Origin: Eubacteriales bacterium
Lineage (GTDB): Bacteria; Bacillota; Clostridia; Oscillospirales; CAG-272
Direction: 5' to 3'
Assembly: GCA_045590315.1 (NCBI GenBank)
Contig: JAZNQU010000110.1
Coordinates: forward strand, 1 to 35,325
DNA: 35,325 nt
The notes below the pieces were generated by a model. That model was not told where the DNA came from, did no database searches, and worked only from the letters and a program-made list of their open reading frames with translations. Positions 18,975-27,973 of the stretch are shown piece after piece (position 1 is the stretch's first letter; each line of letters begins with the position of its first letter). The translations under genes were made by a program, and so were the position numbers.

Positions 18975-19481
18975 ATGAAAAAGTATTTAACAATAGGAGT
19001 AGCTTTTTTGTTGCTCGTTGCTCTGATTCTGATTATTACTGTTTGCATAAATCAAAACGAGAGCGTTTATTTAAAAATGGCTGAAAAGTATGTTAACAGT
19101 CAAATAGTCTCCGTTCAAAATGAACAGAATTTATTCATAGAAGCAGGACTTCCGCAAAAAAACGGTGGAAGTAATCAGAATGGATTGGTTATAGAAAAAG
19201 CAAGAATCGATGATCTTGAAGAAACAGTAACTTACAAGGGATATAAAGCATTTCGATATAAATGCAGTTATTTACCAAATGATGCAGGCCTTGTTGTAGA
19301 GGTCGGCTCATGGCAAATAACCGAAGACGAATGGCTCTGCAATAATAGCTCTGTTTATTTGATTTTTTCTGATACCGATACTCCGCAGCTTCTTGGAGAG
19401 ATGGTTTGCGAGTTTTCACCCGCCGGTTATTCCGAAGGCTTTTATGAAACGTTTGATTTGTGGCTCTCAGAACAAAATTGA
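18975..19481 (+). CDS. hypothetical secreted or membrane-anchored protein
   Basis: N-terminal signal/TM segment (KKYLTIGVAFLLLVALILIITVC). No recognisable domain. AT-rich. Confidence 0.45.
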   Translation: MKKYLTIGVAFLLLVALILIITVCINQNESVYLKMAEKYVNSQIVSVQNEQNLFIEAGLPQKNGGSNQNGLVIEKARIDDLEETVTYKGYKAFRYKCSYLPNDAGLVVEVGSWQITEDEWLCNNSSVYLIFSDTDTPQLLGEMVCEFSPAGYSEGFYETFDLWLSEQN

Positions 19482-19495
19482 ATTTCAAAATATAG

Positions 19496-19526
19496 AAAAG
19501 CAGTATGAATTTTTCATACTGCTTTT
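19496..19526. terminator. bidirectional Rho-independent terminator
   Basis: AAAAGCAGTATGAA (19496-19509) / TTCATACTGCTTTT (19513-19526). A/T runs on both sides, lying between convergent genes. Confidence 0.7.
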
Positions 19527-19528
19527 AC

Positions 19529-19894
19529 TTATATTGCTTCAATCGTTGTGTTATAATACTTTTCCTGAAAAGCAATCGCTTCTGCCATTTCTTTCCCTGT
19601 AAAGCTCATACCGTCGGGCGCGCCGATAAGCTTGTCTTCAACGTCGTTTTCACGGTGTGCAATACCGATTATGCGGACTGTGCATTTTTGCACAGGCTCG
19701 TTTATACCAAGAACGTATACGTCAAGCTCCTCGCCGTCACCGCCTAAAACGCCGGGGATATAACCGTAGTTTATTGGATACACGAGATCATACAGGGGCT
19801 TGTGGTGAACGTAGCCGATCGGGCGGTCAATCTCAATATCCACAAGCTTGTTAAGATATGATCTTACCTGCGCTTTTCTTTCTTCAAACGTCAT
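19529..19894 (-). CDS. small inorganic pyrophosphatase-like protein
   Basis: 121 aa with YPxNYGYIPG....GDGEELDVYVL and DxKLI motifs, resembling the family I PPase core. Confidence 0.55.
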   Translation of the reverse strand: MTFEERKAQVRSYLNKLVDIEIDRPIGYVHHKPLYDLVYPINYGYIPGVLGGDGEELDVYVLGINEPVQKCTVRIIGIAHRENDVEDKLIGAPDGMSFTGKEMAEAIAFQEKYYNTTIEAI

Positions 19895-19908
19895 AATATG
19901 TCCCTCTG

Positions 19909-21360
19909 TCAGAACTTGTTTACAATATCCTTAAAGAAGTTTCCGCGTACTTCGAAGTTTTTGAACTTGTCAAAGCTTGCTGAAGCAGGGGTGAGAACAA
20001 CGGCTTCACCCGACTTTGCTATACTGCGCGCTTTATTTATAGCTTCTGTAAAATCGTCGATAACGTAAATTTCGGGCAAATTCGCTTTTGCTTCCGCGCA
20101 GTTTTCAATCGCCGCCTTTATCTTTTCGGCGGTGTCACCAGTGAGAACGACGGCTCTTGTGTGCCTGCAAACGCAGTCACCCATAACGTCATATGGAATA
20201 TGCTTGTCATATCCGCCCATAATTGCGATAACTTTTTTGTCAAAGGATTCAAGTGCCGCCATCGTACGCGTGGGACTTGAATCTATTGAACTGTTGTAGT
20301 ATTTTGCGCCGTCAAGCTCACGTACAAATTCAATTCTGTGCTCAACGCCGCCGAAGCTTTCGGCGATTTTTTTGAATACCGTGCTGTCAACTTTTTTATA
20401 AAGCAAAGCTATCGCCGTCATGTAGTTTTCAACGTTGTGCTTGCCGGGTATGATTATGTCCGACTCGTTCATAATAAAGACACTTTCGCCCGCTTGAGCA
20501 TCGCGCACGTATATGCCTCCGTCCTTTTTATATACGGCTGTATACTTTTCGGGAATGTTGTTTATATCTCCCGACGTGAAAAAGCGCACATCTGTACCTG
20601 ACGGAGTATCGTCTGCCAGAGAACGGGTTATGTCATTTGTAAAGTTGAGAACGACTGTACCTGTATTCATAAAAGAGAATATACGTCTTTTTGAGTCGAT
20701 ATACTCGTTGTAATCGGTGTGCCAGTCAAGATGATTGGGAGAGATGTTGGTTATTACCGCGCCGGAAGGTGATACAGCCATAGCATGAAGCTGGAAGCTT
20801 GAAAGCTCGAGTACCGCGATATCGGTATCCTTTATTTCTTCCACACAAGAGAGCAGCGGCTTGCCGATATTACCGCCCACGTATACGGTCTTTTCGGTGT
20901 TTTTATAATGCTCTCTGAGCATAAGGTGGGTGAGCGTTGTTGTAGTCGTCTTGCCGTCACTTCCCGTTATGGCAAGCTTTTCGCAATCGGAAATTTTAAA
21001 GAAAAGCTCCATTTCAGAGGTGAGAATCGCGCCTCTTTCAACAGCTAAGGGAATCGCGCCGGCATCTTTTCTGATACCGGGGGCTTTTATAATTATATCC
21101 TCGTCAAAAGAGTCAAGATATCCTTGCCCGAGAAAGAGCCTGACACCTTTGTCTTCAAGAGACTTGATAAAATCAGAGTCAAATTCGGAAGCTGTTTTCT
21201 TGTCGTGTGCCGAAACAACAGCATTGCCCTTTAATAAAAAATCAATAAGCGGAGTGTTTGAGATGCCAAGACCTACAAGTGCTATCTTTTTGTTTTTGAT
21301 ATAGTCAAAGAATTGTTCTGTTTTTTTCAAGATGTCCTCTTTTCCGACCGTAAAGGTCAC
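19909..21360 (-). CDS. murD: UDP-N-acetylmuramoyl-L-alanine--D-glutamate ligase
   Basis: N-terminal Rossmann VGLGISN, Mur ligase P-loop GSDGKTTTT, and C-terminal domain motifs. Confidence 0.8.
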   Translation of the reverse strand: MTFTVGKEDILKKTEQFFDYIKNKKIALVGLGISNTPLIDFLLKGNAVVSAHDKKTASEFDSDFIKSLEDKGVRLFLGQGYLDSFDEDIIIKAPGIRKDAGAIPLAVERGAILTSEMELFFKISDCEKLAITGSDGKTTTTTLTHLMLREHYKNTEKTVYVGGNIGKPLLSCVEEIKDTDIAVLELSSFQLHAMAVSPSGAVITNISPNHLDWHTDYNEYIDSKRRIFSFMNTGTVVLNFTNDITRSLADDTPSGTDVRFFTSGDINNIPEKYTAVYKKDGGIYVRDAQAGESVFIMNESDIIIPGKHNVENYMTAIALLYKKVDSTVFKKIAESFGGVEHRIEFVRELDGAKYYNSSIDSSPTRTMAALESFDKKVIAIMGGYDKHIPYDVMGDCVCRHTRAVVLTGDTAEKIKAAIENCAEAKANLPEIYVIDDFTEAINKARSIAKSGEAVVLTPASASFDKFKNFEVRGNFFKDIVNKF

Positions 21361-21395
21361 AGATTCTTTTTACTAAAAGCATATGCAAAGTGAAA

Positions 21396-23147
21396 TTATT
21401 TGTAAATATCTCCGTTGAAAACTATACCTTTTTTGCAGTCAAGGGTGACTGCAGTGCCGCTTTTTAGGATTTTTGTTGCACCTGCAGCGCCGACAATGAC
21501 GGGAATGCCCAGCGCACGCCCGATAATTGCGGCGTGAGAGTCAGCACCGCCCTGTTCGCATATAATGCCGACGGCACTTCTTGCAAGTTCAATTATTTTG
21601 TTAGTAGTAAAGGGAACAACGAGAATCGTTCCGCTTTTAAAGTTCTTAAGAGCGTCGTCATCGCTCTTGCATACGCAAAGCTCTCCGCATACAGAGTCGC
21701 TTCCGATACCGACACCCGTTGCAAGAGTGTCACCGATGATGGCTACCTTTATCATATTCGTAGTGCCCGAAATTCCGAGCGGAGTACCCGCAGTGAGAAC
21801 GGCAAGGTCGCCAAGAGAGACGAGCCCGGTTTCAACAGAGCGTGCAACTGCGTGGTCAAAGAGCTCGTCTGTGTTCTCGCGCTCTTCCATCACAAGAGGG
21901 TAAACACCCCAGGAAAGCATGAGCTGACGGCAGGTCTTTTCGACGGGTGTACAGCCGATTATCATCGTTTTCGGTCTGAAACGGCTGATCATTCTCAGAG
22001 TCTTTCCCGATTTTGATACTGCAATAATAGCCTTCGCATTAAGATCAAGAGAGGTAGTGCAGGCAGCGTGTGACACTGCAGTCGTCACGCCTAAAAATCC
22101 GTGGGGAGCAAGGCGCGAAAATCTGCTTGAATAGTCAATATCGCTTTCCGTGCGCTCGGCAATCTTTACCATTGTGCGCACGACTTCGACGGGATGCTTG
22201 CCTATCGCAGTTTCGCCCGAGGTCATAATCGCGCTCGAGCCGTCGTATATAGCGTTTGCAACGTCGGTTATCTCCGCACGTGTCGGGCGCGGATTGTGAG
22301 TCATACTTTCAAGCATCTGAGTTGCCGTGATAACCGGCTTTCCGGCGGTGTATGCCTTTGAGATAATACTTTTCTGAATAACGGGAATCTCTTCAAGGGG
22401 AATCTCAACGCCGAGATCTCCGCGCGCTACCATAACGCCGTCGGCAACGCCGAGGATTTCATCAATGTTGTCAACGCCTGCGCCGTTTTCAATCTTGGCG
22501 ATAATGAGTATATCGTGGCAGTTGTGGCTCTCAAGGAAACGGCGTATCTTCAGTATGTCGTCCGCGCACTGTGTAAATGACGCGGCGATAAAATCAAAAT
22601 CCTCTTTTATACCGAATTCAATGTCAGACTTGTCGCGCTCTGAGAGAAAATCAAGCGACAGATGTACGCCCGGAACGTTTACGCCCTTGTTGTTTGAAAT
22701 TTTTCCTCCGTTGATAACACGGCAGATTATTTCGCGGGGACTCTTGTTTTCAACGCTCATTTCGATAAGTCCGTCGTCAATAAGTATACGGCTTCCGATA
22801 TTTACGTCATTGTAAAGTCCCGTGTGGGTAACGGAAACCTTCGTTTCGTCGCCCTCGGTGTCGTACATACACAGAGTAAAAACTTGTCCTTCTTCAATAG
22901 TAACAGGAGAATTTTTAAAGCTTTTGATACGCACCTCAGGCCCCTTTGTATCAAGAAGCAGGGGAGTGTGAGAGCCAAGCTTTTCGCGAAGAGCTTTAAA
23001 TCTGTCAATCGTTATTTTGTGCTGTTCGTGCGTGCCGTGGGAGAAATTTACTCTTGCCACGTCCATTCCCGCACGCATCATTTCTTCAAGTACCTTGTCG
23101 GACTCGCAGGCGGGTCCGAGAGTACATACTATTTTAGTTTTTTTCAT
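21396..23147 (-). CDS. pyk: pyruvate kinase with C-terminal PEP-utiliser mobile domain
   Basis: MKKTKIVCTLGPA, NFSHG, MVARGDLGVEIP, plus a roughly 100-aa C-terminal extension (GGADSHAAIIGRALGIPVIVG) as in Bacillus-type Pyk. Confidence 0.92.
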   Translation of the reverse strand: MKKTKIVCTLGPACESDKVLEEMMRAGMDVARVNFSHGTHEQHKITIDRFKALREKLGSHTPLLLDTKGPEVRIKSFKNSPVTIEEGQVFTLCMYDTEGDETKVSVTHTGLYNDVNIGSRILIDDGLIEMSVENKSPREIICRVINGGKISNNKGVNVPGVHLSLDFLSERDKSDIEFGIKEDFDFIAASFTQCADDILKIRRFLESHNCHDILIIAKIENGAGVDNIDEILGVADGVMVARGDLGVEIPLEEIPVIQKSIISKAYTAGKPVITATQMLESMTHNPRPTRAEITDVANAIYDGSSAIMTSGETAIGKHPVEVVRTMVKIAERTESDIDYSSRFSRLAPHGFLGVTTAVSHAACTTSLDLNAKAIIAVSKSGKTLRMISRFRPKTMIIGCTPVEKTCRQLMLSWGVYPLVMEERENTDELFDHAVARSVETGLVSLGDLAVLTAGTPLGISGTTNMIKVAIIGDTLATGVGIGSDSVCGELCVCKSDDDALKNFKSGTILVVPFTTNKIIELARSAVGIICEQGGADSHAAIIGRALGIPVIVGAAGATKILKSGTAVTLDCKKGIVFNGDIYK

Positions 23148-23216
23148 TCTGAAACCGGTCCATATAATAAAGGTGTTTATATAATTATTTACAGTTATTC
23201 ATAAGTTAATGTGGGT

Positions 23217-24551
23217 TTAATTTGCTTTAAGCGCTTTAAGGGCAAAATAAACACCAACGTTTGCTTCAGCGTCGCTTGATGCACGGTGAACTTCTTTTTG
23301 CTTTACTCCGAAAAGCTCGCTTAAATATTCAAGCTTTATTTTCTGCCAGCCGTATTTTTCTTTAAGCCCTGCCGCAAAGTCGCAGGTGTCAAAATACTCA
23401 TTTTTGAATTCTATTCCTGCGCGTGACGCCGCACGGCAGATAAACGGCAAGTCGCTTGTCTTTATACTGTGACCGACAAGGATATTATCGCCTGCAAATT
23501 CAACGAATTTTCTTACAACTTCGTCAACGCTCGGCTTGTCGGCTACCATTTCATCAGTAATGTGGGTAAGCTTAACAACGTGAGGAGTAATGCTTCTTCC
23601 GGGATTTGCAAGCATGGAAAAACGGTCTGTGATAACACCGTTTTCGACCTTGACGGCACCTATCTCGGTAATTTCGGCAGGCTTGTCTCCGCTCGCAGCA
23701 CCGTACGAGCCTGTGGTTTCAATATCGAGTGCAACGAAAGAGTCAAAATAAGGCTCTTTTATCTCGTGCAAAACAGTGGGATATGAGCAGGATTTTACAT
23801 GAAAATCGACGTTCATCAGCTTTAATTGGTCAAGTGTGCGTAAGAACGTATCCTCGCCGCAGTGGAGAACTATCTCACCGCAGCCGCTTGCGTCGTCCGT
23901 GGTGCGTACAATTCCGGGCATACGACCGTTCGCCGCTTTAACGATAGAGTCTCTGAATCTGATAACATCGTCAATCTCAAGCGTTTCAAAGTATCTTGCA
24001 AGCATAACGGGTGCAAGGCTCTGAGTAGTAGTCTCAATTGAAGAGATATCCTTTGCTGTGCGGCTGATTTTATCAAGCAACGCGTGCTTTGTGCTCATAT
24101 TAAGGCTTGATGCGTCAAGCCATTTTTCTTCGATAAAGGCAGGGCTGTCAATCACGCTGTCTGCATAATCGCCCAAAGGCGCACAGTTTGCTTCAAAAAA
24201 CGCTTTTATCGATTCAAGTATCTTACTGCGGCTTTTGATTTTGCGGGTATGTTCATCCTCTTCAATCGCCGCAAGCGGAGCATCGATAATGCTGTAGAGC
24301 TTCATCAGAGAAAATTTCACCTGTTCAAGCGGCGCACTGTACACGCTTATTGCCTCTTTCATGCCGCTTTCAAGCTCGCCTTTGAGCTTTATGAGCATTT
24401 TCTTGCAGTAAGCGGCCTTTGAGGAGTTTTTGCTATAGTCATCACGGATATATGGTTTTACTGCTTCTGTTATATACTCTTTGACTTCATCAAAATTATC
24501 TATCGTTATCTTGCCCGGCTTGCGGGAAAGTTTAAGTTGAACTTTTTTCAT
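23217..24551 (-). CDS. DEDDh 3'-5' exonuclease domain protein (DnaQ/epsilon-like C-terminus) with an unassigned roughly 265-aa N-terminal region
   Basis: ExoI ALDIETTG, ExoII VGHSIKTSDLPF, ExoIII HRASSDAEA. No motif recognised in the N-terminus. Confidence 0.7.
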   Translation of the reverse strand: MKKVQLKLSRKPGKITIDNFDEVKEYITEAVKPYIRDDYSKNSSKAAYCKKMLIKLKGELESGMKEAISVYSAPLEQVKFSLMKLYSIIDAPLAAIEEDEHTRKIKSRSKILESIKAFFEANCAPLGDYADSVIDSPAFIEEKWLDASSLNMSTKHALLDKISRTAKDISSIETTTQSLAPVMLARYFETLEIDDVIRFRDSIVKAANGRMPGIVRTTDDASGCGEIVLHCGEDTFLRTLDQLKLMNVDFHVKSCSYPTVLHEIKEPYFDSFVALDIETTGSYGAASGDKPAEITEIGAVKVENGVITDRFSMLANPGRSITPHVVKLTHITDEMVADKPSVDEVVRKFVEFAGDNILVGHSIKTSDLPFICRAASRAGIEFKNEYFDTCDFAAGLKEKYGWQKIKLEYLSELFGVKQKEVHRASSDAEANVGVYFALKALKAN

Positions 24552-24708
24552 TTGAAAGGGCGCTCCTTTGATGATACAAATCTAAATAAGTATAGCATAT
24601 TATAAAGTTTTTTGCAATAGCAACTCTCTTATTTTGCGCATAAAAAATCCGCAAAGGTCAATGATAAATAACGCGGACACTGTCGGCGATATTATCGGCT
24701 TTGCGGGG

Positions 24709-25104
24709 ATGTTTATGTATAAAATAAGAGAATATATTCTTGTCTTGATGCTTGGAGCGATCATGTACGGTCTTATTGAAATAGTATGGAGAGGGTATAC
24801 GCATTGGAGTATGGTGATTACAGGCGGAATATGCTTTCTTTTGGTTTATAGGATTGCGATGCTTGACTCGTCTCTCTTGTTGCGCTCGTTTGCGGGAGCT
24901 GCAGTGATAACGGCAATAGAATTTGCAGTCGGTGTAACGGTTAATATCGTGTTCAAATTGGACGTGTGGGACTATTCTGATATGCCTCTTAATCTTTTCG
25001 GACAGATATGTCCTCTTTACAGTCTGTTCTGGTTTTTGCTGTGCCTTATAGCGATTCCGTTGTGTAAAAACCTCAAAAGCGGTTTTCGCAGGACTGATGC
25101 GTGA
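24709..25104 (+). CDS. small multi-pass membrane protein (PF06541-like, 'putative ABC-transporter type IV' family)
   Basis: Hydrophobic helices with EIVWRG..HWSM and LDVWDYS motifs. Start ambiguous (TTG 24634, ATG 24661, 24709 or 24715). Confidence 0.55.
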   Translation: MFMYKIREYILVLMLGAIMYGLIEIVWRGYTHWSMVITGGICFLLVYRIAMLDSSLLLRSFAGAAVITAIEFAVGVTVNIVFKLDVWDYSDMPLNLFGQICPLYSLFWFLLCLIAIPLCKNLKSGFRRTDA

Positions 25105-25107
25105 ATT

Positions 25108-27399
25108 CTATGGCGCAAAAGAGGCTATTTGCGTACAAGTGTGTGGTAAAAGAGTTTGCTTTAACAGCATCTTGTGCTCGTCGGCCTCTTTTTGTCTGAT
25201 GAAAAATCTGCACTCCGGCGCGATCAATGAAGAAAGCATTGCAGCATCATCGGCTTTTGGTCCGTGCGTGCCTTTGATTATATAGTCTGCATCTTTAAGC
25301 ATATTTGTAAACAGCTTGTATGCGCTGCATTTTTCGTTGTAAGCGGCAGTGTAAACTATGCGCTCTCCTGATTTTTCAATACTCAGAGCTATGCGCGGAT
25401 GAGTCGAGCCGGGAACTCTTTCAAGCGGCATCGGGGTAACTGAGACAGTGTTGAAATCAAGCGTCTTGCCACCATTATAATACTCAAAATCAATACCGAA
25501 TCTGTTTGCCGTAGACTCAAGCTCTGCGGCATATTCTTTGTCGGTGTCGTTTTCCGGGACAGGCAGAAGAAGTTTTCTTATGATGGTGTGCTCGCTTATT
25601 CGCTTCAGGGCAAAAATGTGGTCAAAATGATAGTGCGTGAGCATAAATACATCAATGTCTGAGTCGTTATAACTGCTGACGGCATCGGTAACAAAAACGC
25701 ACATATCCGATGTTGTGTTCGCGAAGTCGATATAAGTGCTGTGTCTGCCGTCGCTTATTATAATTCCGTCTTCGCTTTCGTTTGAGATGGTACATACGTG
25801 TGAGGATCCGGGAGTGTAAATTTGTATACCAACGATTACTGATGAAACAAGAGCGAAGCCGAAGCAGAAAACGGCAAAGCTTTCCGTGCGGACATTTTTG
25901 ATAACAGAGTAAGTAAAAGTGAAAATAAAGAGGAGCGCAAGAAATTTGACGGCAGGTATGCCCGTTGAAATAACAATACCGTCGCTATGTGAAAAATAAG
26001 AGGCAAGCTCGCCGGTTTTGTCGGCTAAGAACTCTGAGAGTGCGGTTAAAAGAGCTGATAATTTAGGAACCGAAGCAAAAATGAGCGAAAAGGCCGAAGT
26101 CAGCATAAAAGTTACGATAATCGGAGTGAAGATGAGCGTCGTGAGGGCAGAGATCAACGATATACTATCAAAAATAAAGACCGATGCAAGCATTACGAAT
26201 ACACCGGCGCAAAAGGATAGTAAAAGAGAATCAAGACAGTATTTGAATATTTTCTTGAAAGGGTTGAGTTCAGTGGGGTTGGCAAATATTCTGAGCGTGA
26301 TATTTCTTGATATGTTTGAAAAGAGAGCGATACCGAACGTAGCCGCAAAGGAAAGAATGAGTCCGGTGTCAAGAATGGCGTAAGGATCAAAGATTACGAT
26401 AATGGTGACTGTGGCAAAAAGAGCTGTAATGATGTCTGAGCGGTTCTTGAGAAGATAGCCTGCCTGATAATATATCAGCATCAGACCTGCCCGGAGAATA
26501 GAGGGAGATACGCCTGTAAGCAGTATAGTCAAGAGAGAAATAAGCGCAACGGTAATAAATCTGAGCTTGTCGCTTAGAATGATAAACTTCAAAAAGTACA
26601 TAATGAAGCCGACTATAAGCACCAAATGAGTACCGCTGAGGGCAAGTATGTGAGAAATACCGCTTCGGCGGAAGTCGCGGACAGTGACATCGGAGAGCTC
26701 ATATCGGTCGCCGAGCAAAAGCGCTTTTGCAAGAGCGGACGTGTCGCGAGAAAATATGCGGTCGAATTTGTATCCGATCTCGTTTGCGACGGCAGCAAAA
26801 TATGTAAGTGGAGACTCGCGTTTTCCGATAATTTCAAAAGAGTCTGCTGCATCTATTGTAGCGTTAAAAAGAATATTCTGACGCTTTAAGGTCGTGTCGT
26901 TATACCACAGGGAAAGCTCTGATGAATCAAGCAAAGCATCGCATACGAAGATGTCGCCGTCTGATATCTGAGGGGAGAATTTTGTAAATGCCGCAACCGA
27001 AAAATCCACTTCTTTTCCGTCTGCTTCGGTGACTCTTGCAACAAACGAAGCGTATTCGCTTTTCTCGGAATTCAGTTTTGTTACATAAGCACAGATACGT
27101 ACGGTTTTTGTGTCAAGCTCATTTGCATATGCGTTTTTGAAATTGAACATAAAAAGCGGCATAATTGCCGCGACAGAGGCGATTATCAGGCAGAAAATGC
27201 TAAAAGCAAATCTTGGTGTGAAAGGAGTGCGGCGAATCAACTTGTAAGAAAAGAGAAAAATGATGATTGATGCAATAAGGCAAACAAATAAAGAAATAAG
27301 AAAAGGGCGCTGCTCGCTTGAAACATAACAGAAAATAGCGAGAGGCGCCAGAAATGAAAGGGCTGCACAGATAAGCGGACGGAAGTGAAAAATATTCAA
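25108..27399 (-). CDS. comEC: DNA internalisation competence protein ComEC/Rec2 (with C-terminal metallo-beta-lactamase domain)
   Basis: 763 aa, many TM helices, competence-domain motif SGISHILALSGTHL, MBL motif MLTHYHFDHI. Confidence 0.88.
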   Translation of the reverse strand: MNIFHFRPLICAALSFLAPLAIFCYVSSEQRPFLISLFVCLIASIIIFLFSYKLIRRTPFTPRFAFSIFCLIIASVAAIMPLFMFNFKNAYANELDTKTVRICAYVTKLNSEKSEYASFVARVTEADGKEVDFSVAAFTKFSPQISDGDIFVCDALLDSSELSLWYNDTTLKRQNILFNATIDAADSFEIIGKRESPLTYFAAVANEIGYKFDRIFSRDTSALAKALLLGDRYELSDVTVRDFRRSGISHILALSGTHLVLIVGFIMYFLKFIILSDKLRFITVALISLLTILLTGVSPSILRAGLMLIYYQAGYLLKNRSDIITALFATVTIIVIFDPYAILDTGLILSFAATFGIALFSNISRNITLRIFANPTELNPFKKIFKYCLDSLLLSFCAGVFVMLASVFIFDSISLISALTTLIFTPIIVTFMLTSAFSLIFASVPKLSALLTALSEFLADKTGELASYFSHSDGIVISTGIPAVKFLALLFIFTFTYSVIKNVRTESFAVFCFGFALVSSVIVGIQIYTPGSSHVCTISNESEDGIIISDGRHSTYIDFANTTSDMCVFVTDAVSSYNDSDIDVFMLTHYHFDHIFALKRISEHTIIRKLLLPVPENDTDKEYAAELESTANRFGIDFEYYNGGKTLDFNTVSVTPMPLERVPGSTHPRIALSIEKSGERIVYTAAYNEKCSAYKLFTNMLKDADYIIKGTHGPKADDAAMLSSLIAPECRFFIRQKEADEHKMLLKQTLLPHTCTQIASFAP

Positions 27400-27481
27400 G
27401 AAAACCGCCGCCTTTCTGCAGGAAAATATATTTAATAAAGTCAGATTGTATTAAAAATTGAATAAAGGACAAGAAAAATGC

Positions 27482-27510
27482 TTGACAAAATCTTTAGGGT
27501 GTGATATAAT
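27482..27510 (+). promoter_or_regulatory. consensus SigA promoter for tRNA-Trp
   Basis: TTGACA (27482-27487), 17-nt spacer, TGaTATAAT (27502-27510), about 20 nt upstream of the tRNA 5' end. Confidence 0.7.
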
Positions 27511-27529
27511 ATCGACCGTAGCGAAATAA

Positions 27530-27605
27530 AGGGGTATAGCTCAGTTGGTAGAGCAGCGGTCTCCAAAACCGCGTGTCCAGAGTTCGAGTCTTTGTGCCCC
27601 TGCCA
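27530..27605 (+). tRNA. trnW: tRNA-Trp (anticodon CCA), CCA-3' encoded
   Basis: Hand-folded cloverleaf. Acceptor AGGGGTA/TGCCCCT, D arm GCTC/GAGC, anticodon stem GCGGT/ACCGC with loop CTCCAAA, T arm CAGAG-TTCGAGT-CTTTG, 76 nt. Confidence 0.9.
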
Positions 27606-27609
27606 TCAG

Positions 27610-27654
27610 AAACACCGAAGATCCTTGATTTATAAAGGAGCTCGGTGTTTTTTG
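27610..27654 (+). terminator. probable terminator after tRNA-Trp
   Basis: AAACACCGA (27610-27618) pairs with TCGGTGTTT (27642-27650), followed by a T-run. The loop is unusually long. Confidence 0.5.
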
Positions 27655-27765
27655 ATTTCGGATAAGAATTAAAACGATCAATATAGCGTTTTTTGCTTGC
27701 TTTTACTCGTTTTTCTGACTCTATTTTGTAAAAAGACAATGCTGATATGCAACTTATAAAAATTT

Positions 27766-27801
27766 CTTGACTAATTATACTATCTTGACTAATTATACTA
27801 T
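27766..27801 (+). repeat. perfect tandem duplication of an 18-bp unit (CTTGACTAATTATACTAT x2)
   Basis: Read directly: 27766-27783 equals 27784-27801. Confidence 0.95.
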
Positions 27802-27933
27802 ATTGAGCGTAAAAATGTCAATAAGAAATATAAAGTTTAACAATGTAAAACAGCGAAATTTGTTAACAATGAAAGTTTTAGCCAACTTCAGTGACATATA
27901 ATTGCTTGTTTTTTTATTTTATAATAAAAAGTA

Positions 27934-27973
27934 TTGATATTTCGTCGGAATTAGTGTATAATATTTCCGACGA
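27934..27973 (+). promoter_or_regulatory. promoter of the abiE/hsd unit with a flanking inverted repeat (putative AbiEi operator)
   Basis: TTGATA (27934-27939), 17-nt spacer, TATAAT (27957-27962). A perfect 9-bp inverted repeat, TCGTCGGAA (27942-27950) / TTCCGACGA (27965-27973), brackets the -10 box. Confidence 0.55.

Noticed and set aside
27494-27739. 81-aa minus-strand ORF
   Set aside because: It overlaps the tRNA-Trp gene, its promoter and its terminator. The tRNA cloverleaf explains the sequence.
27815-27901. 28-codon basic ORF (MSIRNIKFNNVKQRNLLTMKVLANFSDI) downstream of the tandem 18-bp repeat
   Set aside because: It has no convincing Shine-Dalgarno or promoter spacing, and the region is AT-rich. 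It cannot be supported from sequence alone.
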